A stretch of DNA of 64,000 nucleotides from Allosphingosinicella sp. (GCA_045811485.1 JBJMTX010000021.1:18570-82569); one strand, 5' to 3'. Counted from the stretch's first letter, positions 27,535 through 37,318 are shown. Translations and numbers: made by a program. The notes: generated from the letters alone by a model not told the origin.

Positions 27535-27955
27535 AAACTACGAGCATCTAGGTGCAATAGGTGAGCGAGCATCCGAAAGGACGGTGGTGCGCGATGGCAT
27601 CTGCTGGACGCAAAACCATCAACTGCCGGTCCGGTAACGGCCAGAAGCCGCCATCTGGGGCTGTGCTGCGGATCGACGGCCTTTCGCCCTTGGCGGACAG
27701 CTTCGTACCGGCCTCCAGTGCGATCCCCCGTCCAGTCGCACCCTTGCTGGACAGGTAATCTGTTTATGCTATGTTCCAGCTATGGGCAGCTACGGACTCA
27801 TCAAGGCTTGGAGCGTCGCGAGACGCTCCGGACCGCTTTCGCCGCGAAAGCTCGGGGAAAAAGCTCGACATCGTGAACTTCGTGAACTTCGCAGGGGGAT
27901 AGCGCCGGTTCGGGCCGCTTGAATTCACTGCGCGCAACGCCACATCGGATCCGGA

Positions 27956-28906
27956 ATGACCCGGGGGGAGTCGAACATCGCCGCCACGATCGCCGCCGAT
28001 GCCGCCGGCCAGCGTCTCGACCGGGCGCTTGCCGCCGCTTTGCCGGCGCTGTCTCGCGAGCGGCTGAAGGCGCTGATCTCGAGCGGTCGGGTGACCGGTC
28101 CTGTCGGCCTGGTCCGCGATCCTGCGACGAAGGCACTGGCCGGCGACTATGAAGTGACGGTGCCAGCGCCGGCGCCAGCCCATAACGAAGCACAGGACAT
28201 TCCGCTCGAGATCGTCTTCGAGGACGAGCATCTCCTCGTTGTCGACAAGCCGGCGGGGATGGTCGTCCATCCCGCCGCGGGCAATGCCGACGGGACCCTC
28301 GTCAACGCCCTCCTCCACCATTGCTCGGGGCGGCTTTCGGGGATCGGCGGCGTGGCGCGGCCGGGCATCGTCCACCGGATCGACAAGGACACGTCCGGGC
28401 TTCTCGTCGTCGCCAAGACCGACGTCGCGCATGAGGGGCTTTCCGCCCAGTTCGTCCGGCACAGCATCGACCGCCGCTACCGCGCGATCGTCGCCGGACG
28501 GCCCAACCCGCCGGCGGGGACGGTCGACGCCCGGCTCGCCCGCTCGTCGGTCAACCGCCAGAAGATGGCGATCGTCGAGGGCGATCGGGGCAAACGGGCC
28601 GTCACGCATTATCGCCTGCTCGACCCGCTGCGCGAGGCGGCTTTGGTCGAATGCCGGCTCGAGACCGGGCGGACTCACCAGGTGCGGGTCCATATGAGCT
28701 CGATCGGCCATGCCCTGCTCGGTGATCCGACCTACGGTGGAACCCGAAAGGCTCATCGTGAGTTATTGAAAAGATTGGGTTTTGAACGGCAAGCCCTGCA
28801 CGCGGCCGAGCTCGGCTTCATTCATCCCGTGACAAATCAGGCCTTGTCGTTCAAAAGCGCCGTTCCGTCCGATATGCAGGAACTGTTAAGCGCGCTCGCG
28901 CTATAA
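27956..28906 (+). CDS. rluD: 23S rRNA pseudouridine synthase RluD
   Basis: S4 domain; VVDKPAGMVVHP, VHRIDKDTSG and GRTHQVRVH motifs. Confidence 0.96.
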   Translation: MTRGESNIAATIAADAAGQRLDRALAAALPALSRERLKALISSGRVTGPVGLVRDPATKALAGDYEVTVPAPAPAHNEAQDIPLEIVFEDEHLLVVDKPAGMVVHPAAGNADGTLVNALLHHCSGRLSGIGGVARPGIVHRIDKDTSGLLVVAKTDVAHEGLSAQFVRHSIDRRYRAIVAGRPNPPAGTVDARLARSSVNRQKMAIVEGDRGKRAVTHYRLLDPLREAALVECRLETGRTHQVRVHMSSIGHALLGDPTYGGTRKAHRELLKRLGFERQALHAAELGFIHPVTNQALSFKSAVPSDMQELLSALAL

Positions 28907-28959
28907 GCGGCACGGACCGGCACATCAGAAAATTCCGGACCAGGGAGTGAGTGAAGACG

Positions 28960-29862
28960 ATGGCTAGCGGTAAGAACGTGGCGACCATTCCCGCCATGGG
29001 CGGCGAGGCGGGCCTCAACCGCTATCTCGCCGAGATCAAGAAATTCCCGATCCTCGCCCCCGAGGAGGAATATATGCTGGCCAAGCGCTGGACCGAGCAT
29101 CAGGACACCGATGCCGCGGCCAAGCTGGTCAACTCGCACCTCAGGCTCGTCGCCAAGATCGCGATGGGGTACCGGGGCTACGGCCTCCCCGTCTCCGAGC
29201 TGATCTCGGAGGGCAATATCGGCCTCATGCAGGGCGTGAAGAAGTTCGAGCCCGAAAGGGGCTTCCGGCTCGCCACCTACGCGATGTGGTGGATCCGCGC
29301 CTCGATCCAGGAATTCATCCTTCGCTCCTGGTCGCTGGTGAAGATGGGCACCACCGCGGCGCAGAAGAAGCTCTTCTTCAACCTCAGGCGGATGAAGAAT
29401 CAGATCGAGGCGTTCGAGGACGGCGATCTGAAGCCCGCGGACGTGACCAAGATCGCGACCGATCTCGGAGTCTCCGAGGAGGACGTCATCTCGATGAACC
29501 GGCGGATGGCGATGGGCGGCGACACTTCGCTCAACGTCTCCCTGCGGGAGGAGGGCGAGGGCCAGTGGCAGGACTGGCTGGTCGACACCGATCCGCTCCA
29601 GGACGAAAGGGTCGCCGAGGCCCAGGAGAGCCAGGTCCGCCACGAGCTCCTCGTCGAGGCGATGAAGGCCTTGAACGACCGCGAGAAGCATATCCTCACC
29701 GAGCGGCGGCTGACCGACGATCCCAAGACGCTCGAGGAACTGAGCCAGGTCTATGACGTCAGCCGCGAGCGGATCCGCCAGATCGAGGTCCGGGCCTTCG
29801 AGAAGCTCCAGAAGGCGCTGATGGGCCTCGCCGGCGAGCGGCGCCTGCTTCCGGCGAGCTAG
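28960..29862 (+). CDS. rpoH: RNA polymerase sigma-32 factor
   Basis: RpoH box QKKLFFNLR; follows rluD; alternative GTG start at 28951. Confidence 0.97.
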   Translation: MASGKNVATIPAMGGEAGLNRYLAEIKKFPILAPEEEYMLAKRWTEHQDTDAAAKLVNSHLRLVAKIAMGYRGYGLPVSELISEGNIGLMQGVKKFEPERGFRLATYAMWWIRASIQEFILRSWSLVKMGTTAAQKKLFFNLRRMKNQIEAFEDGDLKPADVTKIATDLGVSEEDVISMNRRMAMGGDTSLNVSLREEGEGQWQDWLVDTDPLQDERVAEAQESQVRHELLVEAMKALNDREKHILTERRLTDDPKTLEELSQVYDVSRERIRQIEVRAFEKLQKALMGLAGERRLLPAS

Positions 29863-29878
29863 GCGCCGCACCGGCAGG

Positions 29879-30778
29879 ATGCCCCGAGTGAGGGCCCGCA
29901 AGCGCGGCTGGCTCGGCCGAGCGGTCGGCTGGATCGCGGCCGGCTTCTTCCTGTTCGTCCTGCTCAGCCTGGCCTGGGTCCTCCTCTACCGCTTCGTGAA
30001 CCCGCCTTTCACCTTCACCATGCTCGGCGACCGGCTGAGCGGGCGGCACGTCACGCGCGCCTGGATGCCGATCGAGCGGATCGACCGCGACATGGTCCGC
30101 GCCGCGATCGCCGCCGAGGACAGCAAGTTCTGCTTGCACTGGGGCTTCGACCAGGATGCGATCGCCGCGGCGATGCGGCGCAACGCGCGGGGCGGCTCGG
30201 TCATACGCGGCGGCTCGACGATCAGCCAGCAGACGGCGAAGAACGCCTTCCTGTGGCAGGGCGGAGGCTATGCGCGCAAGGGGCTCGAGGCCTGGTTCAC
30301 CCTGCTGATCGAGAATCTGTGGGGCAAGCGCCGGATCATGGAGGTCTACCTCAACCTCGCCGAGACCGGGATCGGCACCTACGGCGCCAATGCCGGATCG
30401 CTTCGCTACTTCAATCACGACGCCAGCGCGATGAGCGCGATCGAGGCGGCTCGGATCGCGGCCGTCCTGCCTCTGCCCAAGAAGCGCGGGGCGACCGCGC
30501 CGAAGGGCTTCACCCGGCGCTACGGGAACGCCATCGCGGCCCGGATCGGGGTGGTGGCGAGGGACGGGCTCGACGGCTGCGTCTATGCGGGGCAAGCGGT
30601 GGCGCCGGAACGGCAGCCCGCTCCGCCGCCCCCGCGCAGGGTCAGGACCAGGGCCGCGCCCACGCCGCCCGTCCAGGTGCCGGGCGAGGAATATGAGCAG
30701 CCCCAGGCGGCGCCCGAGGCGGCCCCTCCTCCGCTGCCCGGGCCGCCCGCGCCCCCCGAGGGCAATTCGGGCGGCTGA
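29879..30778 (+). CDS. mtgA: Monofunctional peptidoglycan transglycosylase with a Pro-rich tail
   Basis: AAEDSKF, GGSTISQQTAKN, RKGLE and EVYLN motifs. Confidence 0.95.
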   Translation: MPRVRARKRGWLGRAVGWIAAGFFLFVLLSLAWVLLYRFVNPPFTFTMLGDRLSGRHVTRAWMPIERIDRDMVRAAIAAEDSKFCLHWGFDQDAIAAAMRRNARGGSVIRGGSTISQQTAKNAFLWQGGGYARKGLEAWFTLLIENLWGKRRIMEVYLNLAETGIGTYGANAGSLRYFNHDASAMSAIEAARIAAVLPLPKKRGATAPKGFTRRYGNAIAARIGVVARDGLDGCVYAGQAVAPERQPAPPPPRRVRTRAAPTPPVQVPGEEYEQPQAAPEAAPPPLPGPPAPPEGNSGG

Positions 30779-31102
30779 TCAGAAGGGAAGCTTGAACCCC
30801 GGCGGGAGCGGGAGGCCGGCGGTCATCTTCTGCATCTCGCCCTGCGCGGCCTGATCGGCCTTGGCGCGGGCGTCGTTGATCGCGGCGGCGACGAGATCCT
30901 CGACCATCTGCTTTTCGGACGGTTGGAGAAGGCTCTCGTCGATCTCGACCGAGATGATCCGGCCCTTGGCGCTGGCGCGGATCTTGACGAGGCCGGCGCC
31001 GGACGCACCCTCCACCTCGATATGGTCGAGCCCTTCCTGGGCCTTCATCAGCTCGGCCTGGGCGTTCTGGGCCATCTTCATCAGCTCGTCGATATTCTGC
31101 AT
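30779..31102 (-). CDS. ybaB: YbaB/EbfC nucleoid-associated protein
   Basis: GASGAGLVKI and EDLVAAAINDA motifs; downstream of dnaX. Confidence 0.95.
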   Translation of the reverse strand: MQNIDELMKMAQNAQAELMKAQEGLDHIEVEGASGAGLVKIRASAKGRIISVEIDESLLQPSEKQMVEDLVAAAINDARAKADQAAQGEMQKMTAGLPLPPGFKLPF

Positions 31103-32764
31103 TCAGGCGCTCCGTTGTGAATCGAGGGTGAAGCCGGCAAGCTCGGCGTCGGGAAAGGCTTCGAAGGCGGCCTTGACCAGGGGCGATTCGAGCACCTGGT
31201 CGCGAACCGCGGCCTCGGCGGCGAGCTCCTGCTCGCGAAGCGTCGGCTTCGCCTCGCCATCGGAGATCGCCACCTGCCACTTCTGGCCGAACAGGGCATC
31301 GGTCGCCTCGCGGACGCTGCGAAGGAAGGCGTCGACGTCCCTGACCGGGCGAAGGTTGCCGGTCTGCTGCAGAAGCAGATTGGGCGGTCCGTATTCGACC
31401 AGCCGGTAATTCTCGCGAAGCTCGTGGGCGAGGATCTTCTTGCCCTGCCGCTCGATCAGGTCGGCGAAGCCCTCGAACGACGGCGGCGCCTGGAGCAGGG
31501 CGTCCTGCCCCTCGCCCTTCGGCGCGGCCGGCGCCGCTACGGCCATCCCCTGCCCGCCCGCCAGCCGCTCGAGCAGGGCGCCGGGATCGGGAAGCTCCGA
31601 GGCGTGGATCAGCCGGAGCAGCGCCATCTCCGCCGCTTCGAGCGGCATCGGCGCGACATGGACCTCGCCGAGGCCCTTGAGCAGCAATTGCCAAAGGCGG
31701 TGGACGGCGGCGTAGGAGAGGCGGCTCGCCCATTCCGAATAAGCTTCGCGCTCCTCGGCCGACTGCGCCGGGTCGTCGGCGCCGCCGACCTTGGCGCGGG
31801 TGACGGCGTGGACGCTCTCGAGCAGGCCGCGGATCACCGCCGCGGGTTCGACTCCGAGATCGTATTGGTCGCGAAGCGCGGCGAGAGCCGCCGGGGCGTC
31901 GCCCGAGAGCAGGATCCCGAGCAGGCGGCGGATCGCGCCTCGGTCCGAGAGGCCGAGCATGGCCCGGACCTGCTCGGCGGTCACGCCTGCGGGCCCGTGG
32001 GCGATCGCCTGGTCGAGGATGGAAAGCCCGTCGCGCGCCGAGCCCTCGGCGGCGCGGGCGATCAGGGCGAGCGCCTCGGGCTCGACCTCGACGCCTTCCT
32101 TCGCCGCAACATCGCCAAAGTGGGCCATCAGCTTCTCGGCCGGAATTCGCCTCAGATCGAACCGCTGGCAGCGTGAGAGGACTGTGACGGGGACCTTGTT
32201 GACCTCGGTCGTCGCGAACAGAAACTTAACGTGCGCAGGGGGTTCTTCGAGAGTCTTGAGAAGCGCGTTGAATGCGTTCTTGGACAGCATATGGACTTCG
32301 TCGACGATATAGACCTTGTAGCGCGCCGAAACCGCGGCGTAGCGCACCGCCTCGATGATCTCGCGGACGTCGTCGACTCCGGTATGGCTCGCGGCGTCCA
32401 TCTCGACGACGTCGATATGGCGGCCTTCGGCGATCGCCCGGCAGGGCTCGCAGATTCCGCACGGCTCGATGGTCGGGCCGCTTTGCCCGTCCGGGCCGAT
32501 GCAGTTCAGGGCCTTGGCGATCAGCCGCGCCGTCGAAGTCTTGCCGACCCCGCGGACTCCGGTGAGCAGGAAAGCGTGGGCGAGCCGGTCGCGGGCGATC
32601 GCATTGCCCAGCGTCTGCACCATCGCGTCCTGCCCGATCAGCTCGGCAAAGCTCTGGGGGCGGTATTTGCGGGCGAGCACGCGGTAGGGCTGCGCCCTGG
32701 CGGGCTGAGGCGGCTCGTCGAGGCCCAGGCCGAAGGAATCGGGGGAATCGGGGGAATCGGACAT
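31103..32764 (-). CDS. dnaX: DNA polymerase III gamma/tau
   Basis: LARKYRP, GVRGVGKT, DAASHTGV and DEVHMLS motifs. Confidence 0.98.
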   Translation of the reverse strand: MSDSPDSPDSFGLGLDEPPQPARAQPYRVLARKYRPQSFAELIGQDAMVQTLGNAIARDRLAHAFLLTGVRGVGKTSTARLIAKALNCIGPDGQSGPTIEPCGICEPCRAIAEGRHIDVVEMDAASHTGVDDVREIIEAVRYAAVSARYKVYIVDEVHMLSKNAFNALLKTLEEPPAHVKFLFATTEVNKVPVTVLSRCQRFDLRRIPAEKLMAHFGDVAAKEGVEVEPEALALIARAAEGSARDGLSILDQAIAHGPAGVTAEQVRAMLGLSDRGAIRRLLGILLSGDAPAALAALRDQYDLGVEPAAVIRGLLESVHAVTRAKVGGADDPAQSAEEREAYSEWASRLSYAAVHRLWQLLLKGLGEVHVAPMPLEAAEMALLRLIHASELPDPGALLERLAGGQGMAVAAPAAPKGEGQDALLQAPPSFEGFADLIERQGKKILAHELRENYRLVEYGPPNLLLQQTGNLRPVRDVDAFLRSVREATDALFGQKWQVAISDGEAKPTLREQELAAEAAVRDQVLESPLVKAAFEAFPDAELAGFTLDSQRSA

Positions 32765-32785
32765 CGGGGCGAGCCTAGACTATTC

Positions 32786-32873
32786 CGTCATGCCAGCGAA
32801 GGCTGGCATCCCAGGGGGTGAGTTGCGCAGGAGCCTTATCCTCGCTGGGGCCCCAGCCTTCGCTGGGGTGACG
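32786..32873. repeat. CGTC-tagged palindromic dimer (family A)
   Basis: CGTCATGCCAGCGAAGGCTGGCATCCC...GGGGCCCCAGCCTTCGCTGGGGTGACG. Confidence 0.9.
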
Positions 32874-32874
32874 T

Positions 32875-32963
32875 GGGAGCCGGAACGACCCGGGGCGAAA
32901 TCGTTACGGCTGCTTCCTTCCGGATCTGACCGGGTTGGCGACAGCACCGTCCGCCCGACTCCC
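32875..32963 (-). ncRNA. ffs: SRP RNA (4.5S)
   Basis: Minus strand CGGTCAGATCCGGAAGGAAGCAGCCG domain-IV motif; GGGAG/CTCCC ends pair; upstream of dnaX. Confidence 0.95.
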
Positions 32964-33004
32964 GCGGCGCATATGGGGAAAGCGAGCGGGTGGCGCAAGA
33001 TACC

Positions 33005-33134
33005 CCCTCTCCCTGTAGGGGAGAGGGAGGGGCCCGCCGCGGAGCGGTGGGAGGGGTAAGGGACTGTCGGCGCCGAAAATGCCCTCACCCCGCTCGCCTT
33101 CGGCGAGTCGACCCTCTCCCCTGCAGGGAGAGGG
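33005..33134. repeat. CCCTCTCCC...GGGAGAGGG palindromic dimer (family D)
   Basis: Two CCCTCTCCC-N-GGGAGAGGG hairpins about 110 nt apart, with GAGGGGTAAGGG / CCCTCACCCC inner arms. Confidence 0.85.
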
Positions 33135-33139
33135 TTTGG

Positions 33140-34036
33140 CTAGGCGAAGACCTTGGCGACCAGCCGTCCGACCGAGGCGTGGGCGGCGAAGCGGGCGGGG
33201 GGTTCGGCGGTGCCGCCGCTGAGGTAGCAGGCGATGACGATCGGCGCCTTGCCCGACCGCCAGCCGATAGCGACGTCGTTGACCCCGCCGTTGGCGGCGG
33301 TGCCGGTCTTGTGCCCGATCAGCCAGGGCGGCGCGGGCAGGCCGGCCTTGAGCCGGTCGGGCCCGGGCACCGACTTCTTGAGCCAGACCTGGAGGCGGTT
33401 GCGATTCTCCTCCGTCAGCACGTCGCCGAGAACGAGCTTGCGGACGAGCGCGGCCATTGCGGCGGAACTGGTCGTGTCGCGCGGATCGCCGGGAAGGTTG
33501 GACCCCAGCTCCATCTCGAAGCGGTCGAGACGGGTGACGGGATCGCCGCAGGCGCGGATGAAGCGGGTGAGCGCGGCGGGCCCGCCGGTTCGGCGGAGCA
33601 GGATGTTGGCGGCGCTGTTGTCGCTGACCTCGACGATCGCGGCGCAAAGCTGGCGGACCGGAAGCCGGCCGAGCGCCCGATTGGCCTCGACGGTCGGCGA
33701 ATTGTCGAGCGGATCGCCGGAGGCGAAAGGCAGCTCCTCGTCGAGCGAGAGCTCGCCTCTCTCCACAAGGCGGAGAATGAAGGCGGCGAGCGGAAGCTTG
33801 AAGGTCGAGGCCAAGGGATAGAGGGAATCGGCGTCGAAGCGCAGCTCCCGGCCCGAGCCGGTGTCGATCGCCGCGACTCCGAGCCGGCCGCCCGGGCCGA
33901 GGGTCGATCGAATGGCCTCGAAATCGGCGGACGCCTCGCGCGCGACCTCGTCCGGAGCCGGCTCGCCGCGGCGGCCGGCGCCGCAACCGGCCGCGAGCGC
34001 CGCGCCGGCGACGATCAGCGTCCTTCGGTCGATCAT
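33140..34036 (-). CDS. Class A beta-lactamase, probable Tat-exported lipoprotein
   Basis: STFK (SxxK), SDN, RFEMEL (E166) and KTG; RRTLI and LAAGC at the N-terminus. Confidence 0.93.
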   Translation of the reverse strand: MIDRRTLIVAGAALAAGCGAGRRGEPAPDEVAREASADFEAIRSTLGPGGRLGVAAIDTGSGRELRFDADSLYPLASTFKLPLAAFILRLVERGELSLDEELPFASGDPLDNSPTVEANRALGRLPVRQLCAAIVEVSDNSAANILLRRTGGPAALTRFIRACGDPVTRLDRFEMELGSNLPGDPRDTTSSAAMAALVRKLVLGDVLTEENRNRLQVWLKKSVPGPDRLKAGLPAPPWLIGHKTGTAANGGVNDVAIGWRSGKAPIVIACYLSGGTAEPPARFAAHASVGRLVAKVFA

Positions 34037-34037
34037 C

Positions 34038-34373
34038 TCACCTCCCCTGCATGTTATGGGCGCCGCCCGGAATGCGGACGGTCAGGCTGTCGAGCTCGGG
34101 CGTCAGCCTGATCTGGCAGGCGAGCCGCGACGTCCGGGTGACGTGGGAGGCGAGGTCGAGCAGGTCCTCCTCGTCCTCGCTCGCCGGCGGAAGACTCGCG
34201 AAATCCACGGCGGCGACGATGACGTGGCAGGTCGAGCAGGCCATCTGGCCCTCGCACGTGCCCTCGAGCGGCTGGCCGTGGGCCTGGGCGAGGTCGAGCA
34301 GGCGCTCGCCGTCGGCGCCGCGAACCTCTTGGATATGGTTGCCGTCGGCGGAGATGAAGCGGACCAGGGTCAT
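34038..34373 (-). CDS. [2Fe-2S] ferredoxin (adrenodoxin-like)
   Basis: CEGQMACSTCH...SRLACQ. Confidence 0.95.
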   Translation of the reverse strand: MTLVRFISADGNHIQEVRGADGERLLDLAQAHGQPLEGTCEGQMACSTCHVIVAAVDFASLPPASEDEEDLLDLASHVTRTSRLACQIRLTPELDSLTVRIPGGAHNMQGR

Positions 34374-35491
34374 GCGGCGAAGCTCAACTGGCGGCTGGCG
34401 GCGGAGTCGATCAGGCCGAGCGCTTCATCGAGCTCCGCTTCGGTCGTGTAGCGGCCGAAGCCGAGGCGGATGCTCGAGCGCGCCTCGCGGTCGGAGAGGC
34501 CGAGGGCGGCGAGGACATGGCTCGGGCGGCCCGAGCCGCTGGCGCAGGCGGAGCCGGCGGAGAAGGCGATCGAGCGGAGCTCGGAGATGAGGCGGGCGGA
34601 ATCGACGCCCTCGCGGCGAAGGTTGAGGTTGCCGTGGTAACGTCGTTCCGCCGATCCGTTGAGGAGCCAGCCGGACATACGCTCGAGCGCCCTGTCCCAC
34701 AGCCGCTCGACATGGTCCCTGTCCTCGACCGCCCCCTCAACGACCAGGCGCGCGGCCTCGCCGAAGCCGACGCAGAGCGCGGGCGAGAGCGTGCCCGAGC
34801 GCAGACCCCCCTCCTGGCCGCCGCCGTGGAGGAGCGGTTCGAGTGCGACGCCTTCGCGCACCCACAGGGCGCCGATACCCTTGGGTCCGTGCACCTTGTG
34901 GGCCGAGACCGCGACCATGTCGCAGGCGTGGAGGGGGATCGGGACCCGCCCAAGTCCCTGCACGGCGTCGCATAGGAAGAGCGCGCCCGCCGCCCGGGCA
35001 ATGGCGGCGATCCCCTCGACCGGCTGGACGACCCCGATCTCGTTGTTGACGAGCATGGCGGCGACGAGACCGGTACGCCCGTCGACGGCGGCTTCCAACG
35101 CGGCGAGCTCGACGAGGCCGTCGGGAGCGACGGGGAGGATTTCCACCTCCAAGCCCTGCTCGCCCAGATAGGCGACCGTATCGAGAATGGCGGCATGCTC
35201 GGTGGCAAGGGTGACGATTCGACGCCGGTCCGGCGGCAGCCGCGTCGCCGCGCCCTTCAGGGCCCAGTTGATCGCCTCGGTGGCCCCGGAGGTGAAATAG
35301 ACCTGTCCACGCCCCCCGCTGCCCAGCGCTTCAGCCAATCTTTCCCGCGCCGCCTCGACCGCCGCTGCGGCCTCGCGGCCCATTCGATGGCTGCTGTGGG
35401 GGTTGGCGAAGCCCGTCTCGAGCCAGGGCCGCATCGCCGCCGCTACTTCGGGAGCGAGCGGAGTGGTCGCCTGATAGTCCAGGTAGATCAC
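34370..35491 (-). CDS. Cysteine desulfurase (IscS-like), copy 2
   Basis: GTG start IYLDYQATTP; ANPHS, SAHKVHGPKG and SAGSACASG motifs. Confidence 0.93.
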   Translation of the reverse strand: MIYLDYQATTPLAPEVAAAMRPWLETGFANPHSSHRMGREAAAAVEAARERLAEALGSGGRGQVYFTSGATEAINWALKGAATRLPPDRRRIVTLATEHAAILDTVAYLGEQGLEVEILPVAPDGLVELAALEAAVDGRTGLVAAMLVNNEIGVVQPVEGIAAIARAAGALFLCDAVQGLGRVPIPLHACDMVAVSAHKVHGPKGIGALWVREGVALEPLLHGGGQEGGLRSGTLSPALCVGFGEAARLVVEGAVEDRDHVERLWDRALERMSGWLLNGSAERRYHGNLNLRREGVDSARLISELRSIAFSAGSACASGSGRPSHVLAALGLSDREARSSIRLGFGRYTTEAELDEALGLIDSAASRQLSFAA

Positions 35492-36552
35492 GCGGCCCGG
35501 CGCTTCCCGTACAGCGCGGTCCATTCGGCCAGCAGGGCATCGATGTCGCTCTCGCGCGTCTGCGGGCCGAAGCTGACCCGGATGACCTCGCGCGCCGCCT
35601 CCTCGGGCCAGCCCATGGCGGTGAGGACGTGGCTGGTCTTGAGGCTTCCCGAGGCGCAGGCGCTTCCGGCGGTGACCGCGATCCCGGCGAGATCGAGCTG
35701 CATCATCTGGGCGGCGCCGGGCACGCCCGGCATCCGGTAGCAGGCGATGGTCGCGATTCGCGGCGCCTCTCCGGCGACGATCTCGCCGCCGGCGGCGAGC
35801 ACGCCCGAATCGAGCCGGTCGCGAAGCCGCTTCGCTTCCTCGTACCACCCGTGATCCGCCTCGGCGGCAGCGGCGAAGCCCATGATCGAGGGAACGGCGG
35901 CGGTTCCGGGGCGGTAGCCGCCCTCCTGTCCACCGATCGCCTCCAGGGTGGCAGTGTCCTTGACCAGAAGGGCGCCGATGCCGGGCGGGCCGCCGAACTT
36001 GTGGGCGGCGATGACGAGGAAATCGGCGTCTGGAAGCGGAAGCTTGCCCGCGCTCTGGGCGCAATCGGTGAGGAGCAGCCCGCCGGCGGCCCTTACCCGC
36101 TCGGCGACCGAATCGATGGCGAAGACGACCCCGGTCTCGTTGTTGACCGACTGGACCGCCACCAGCGGCGATTTGGCGCCGTCCAGGGCGCGATCGAGAT
36201 CGTCGAGATCGAGCGTTCCGTCGGCCTTGACCGCGATCTGGCGGGCGCCGGGCGCGCTCCGGAGCACCGCCGGATGCTCGGCGGCGCCGATGATCCGGTC
36301 CTCGTGGCGCGCGCGCTCGAACACCAACGAGATGGCCTCGGTCGCGCCGGAGGTGAAGATGAGCGTGGAGTCGGAGCCGAGAGCGCTCGCGATCCGCCGC
36401 CTTGCGTCCTCGAGCTGGGCTCGAACCGCCCTTCCCTCGGCATGGGGCGAGGAGGGATTGGCCCAGCTCCCGCACGCCTGTGCCATCGCCGCCGCCGCCT
36501 CCGGCAGGATCGGCGTGGTCGAGGCATGGTCGAGATAGATGCGTTGAGGCAC
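35488..36552 (-). CDS. Cysteine desulfurase, copy 1
   Basis: IYLDHASTTP, ANPSS, AHKFGGPPG and TAGSACASG motifs; start uncertain (36552 or 36573). Confidence 0.92.
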   Translation of the reverse strand: MPQRIYLDHASTTPILPEAAAAMAQACGSWANPSSPHAEGRAVRAQLEDARRRIASALGSDSTLIFTSGATEAISLVFERARHEDRIIGAAEHPAVLRSAPGARQIAVKADGTLDLDDLDRALDGAKSPLVAVQSVNNETGVVFAIDSVAERVRAAGGLLLTDCAQSAGKLPLPDADFLVIAAHKFGGPPGIGALLVKDTATLEAIGGQEGGYRPGTAAVPSIMGFAAAAEADHGWYEEAKRLRDRLDSGVLAAGGEIVAGEAPRIATIACYRMPGVPGAAQMMQLDLAGIAVTAGSACASGSLKTSHVLTAMGWPEEAAREVIRVSFGPQTRESDIDALLAEWTALYGKRRAA

Positions 36553-36652
36553 GACTTCCCTTTCAAATTGCACGTCGGGCGCGCAGCCCTATATAGAGCG
36601 GCACGCGCGCGGGGGCAGCCCCGCTCTTTCTCCTCAGCGATCCGCAGGTCAA

Positions 36653-37309
36653 ATGCCCGAAGTCATCTTTCCCGGCCCGGAAGGCCGCCTCGAAGGCCGT
36701 TTCAGCCCCGGACCCCGCCCGCGGGCTCCGGTCGCGCTCATCCTCCACCCCCATCCGCAGGGCGGCGGGACGATGAACAACGCCATCGTCCAGGCGCTCT
36801 ACAAGACCTTCGTCAGGCGCGGCTTCGCGACCCTGAGGTTCAACTTCCGCGGAGTCGGCAAGAGCCAGGGCGTGTTCGACAACGGCATCGGCGAATTGTC
36901 CGACGCCGCCTCGGCGCTCGACTGGGTCCAGCAGATCCACCCCGAGGCGGAGACGACCTGGATCGGCGGCTTCAGCTTCGGTGCCTGGATCGGAATGCAA
37001 CTCTTGATGCGGCGGCCCGAGGTGCGCGGCTTCATCTCGATCGCGCCGCCGGCCAACATGTACGATTTCACCTTCCTCGCCCCCTGCCCCGCCTCCGGGA
37101 TCATCATCCAGGGCGACGGCGACGAGGTGGTGACTCCGGGCGCCGTCCAGAAGCTGGTCGACAAGCTTCGCACTCAGAAGCACATCACCATCCACCACTC
37201 GACCATCCCGCAGGCCAACCACTTCTTCATCAACGAGATGCCGCAGCTGATGAAGGCGGTGGACGATTATCTCGACTTCAGGCTGGATCCGAGCTGCCCG
37301 ATACGGTGA
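36653..37309 (+). CDS. Alpha/beta hydrolase (conserved, divergent from iscS)
   Basis: LHPHP.GGGTMNN, GFSFG and ANHFF motifs. Confidence 0.92.
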   Translation: MPEVIFPGPEGRLEGRFSPGPRPRAPVALILHPHPQGGGTMNNAIVQALYKTFVRRGFATLRFNFRGVGKSQGVFDNGIGELSDAASALDWVQQIHPEAETTWIGGFSFGAWIGMQLLMRRPEVRGFISIAPPANMYDFTFLAPCPASGIIIQGDGDEVVTPGAVQKLVDKLRTQKHITIHHSTIPQANHFFINEMPQLMKAVDDYLDFRLDPSCPIR

Positions 37310-37318
37310 AGCGCGTCG

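Noticed and set aside
25560-27760. Prophage, IS or integron explanation for the low-GC island
   Set aside because: I saw no integrase, transposase, terminal inverted repeats, flanking direct repeats or convincing attC pattern.
27771-27902. 43-aa ORF containing a 9-bp duplication (CGTGAACTT x2; VNFVNF)
   Set aside because: No SD or family evidence; the GAAC spacing is N5, so it is not a LexA box.
32780-33088. ORFs 32780..33088 and 32790..33059
   Set aside because: They are translations of REP arms and SRP RNA (MPAKAGI..., PAFAGMT).
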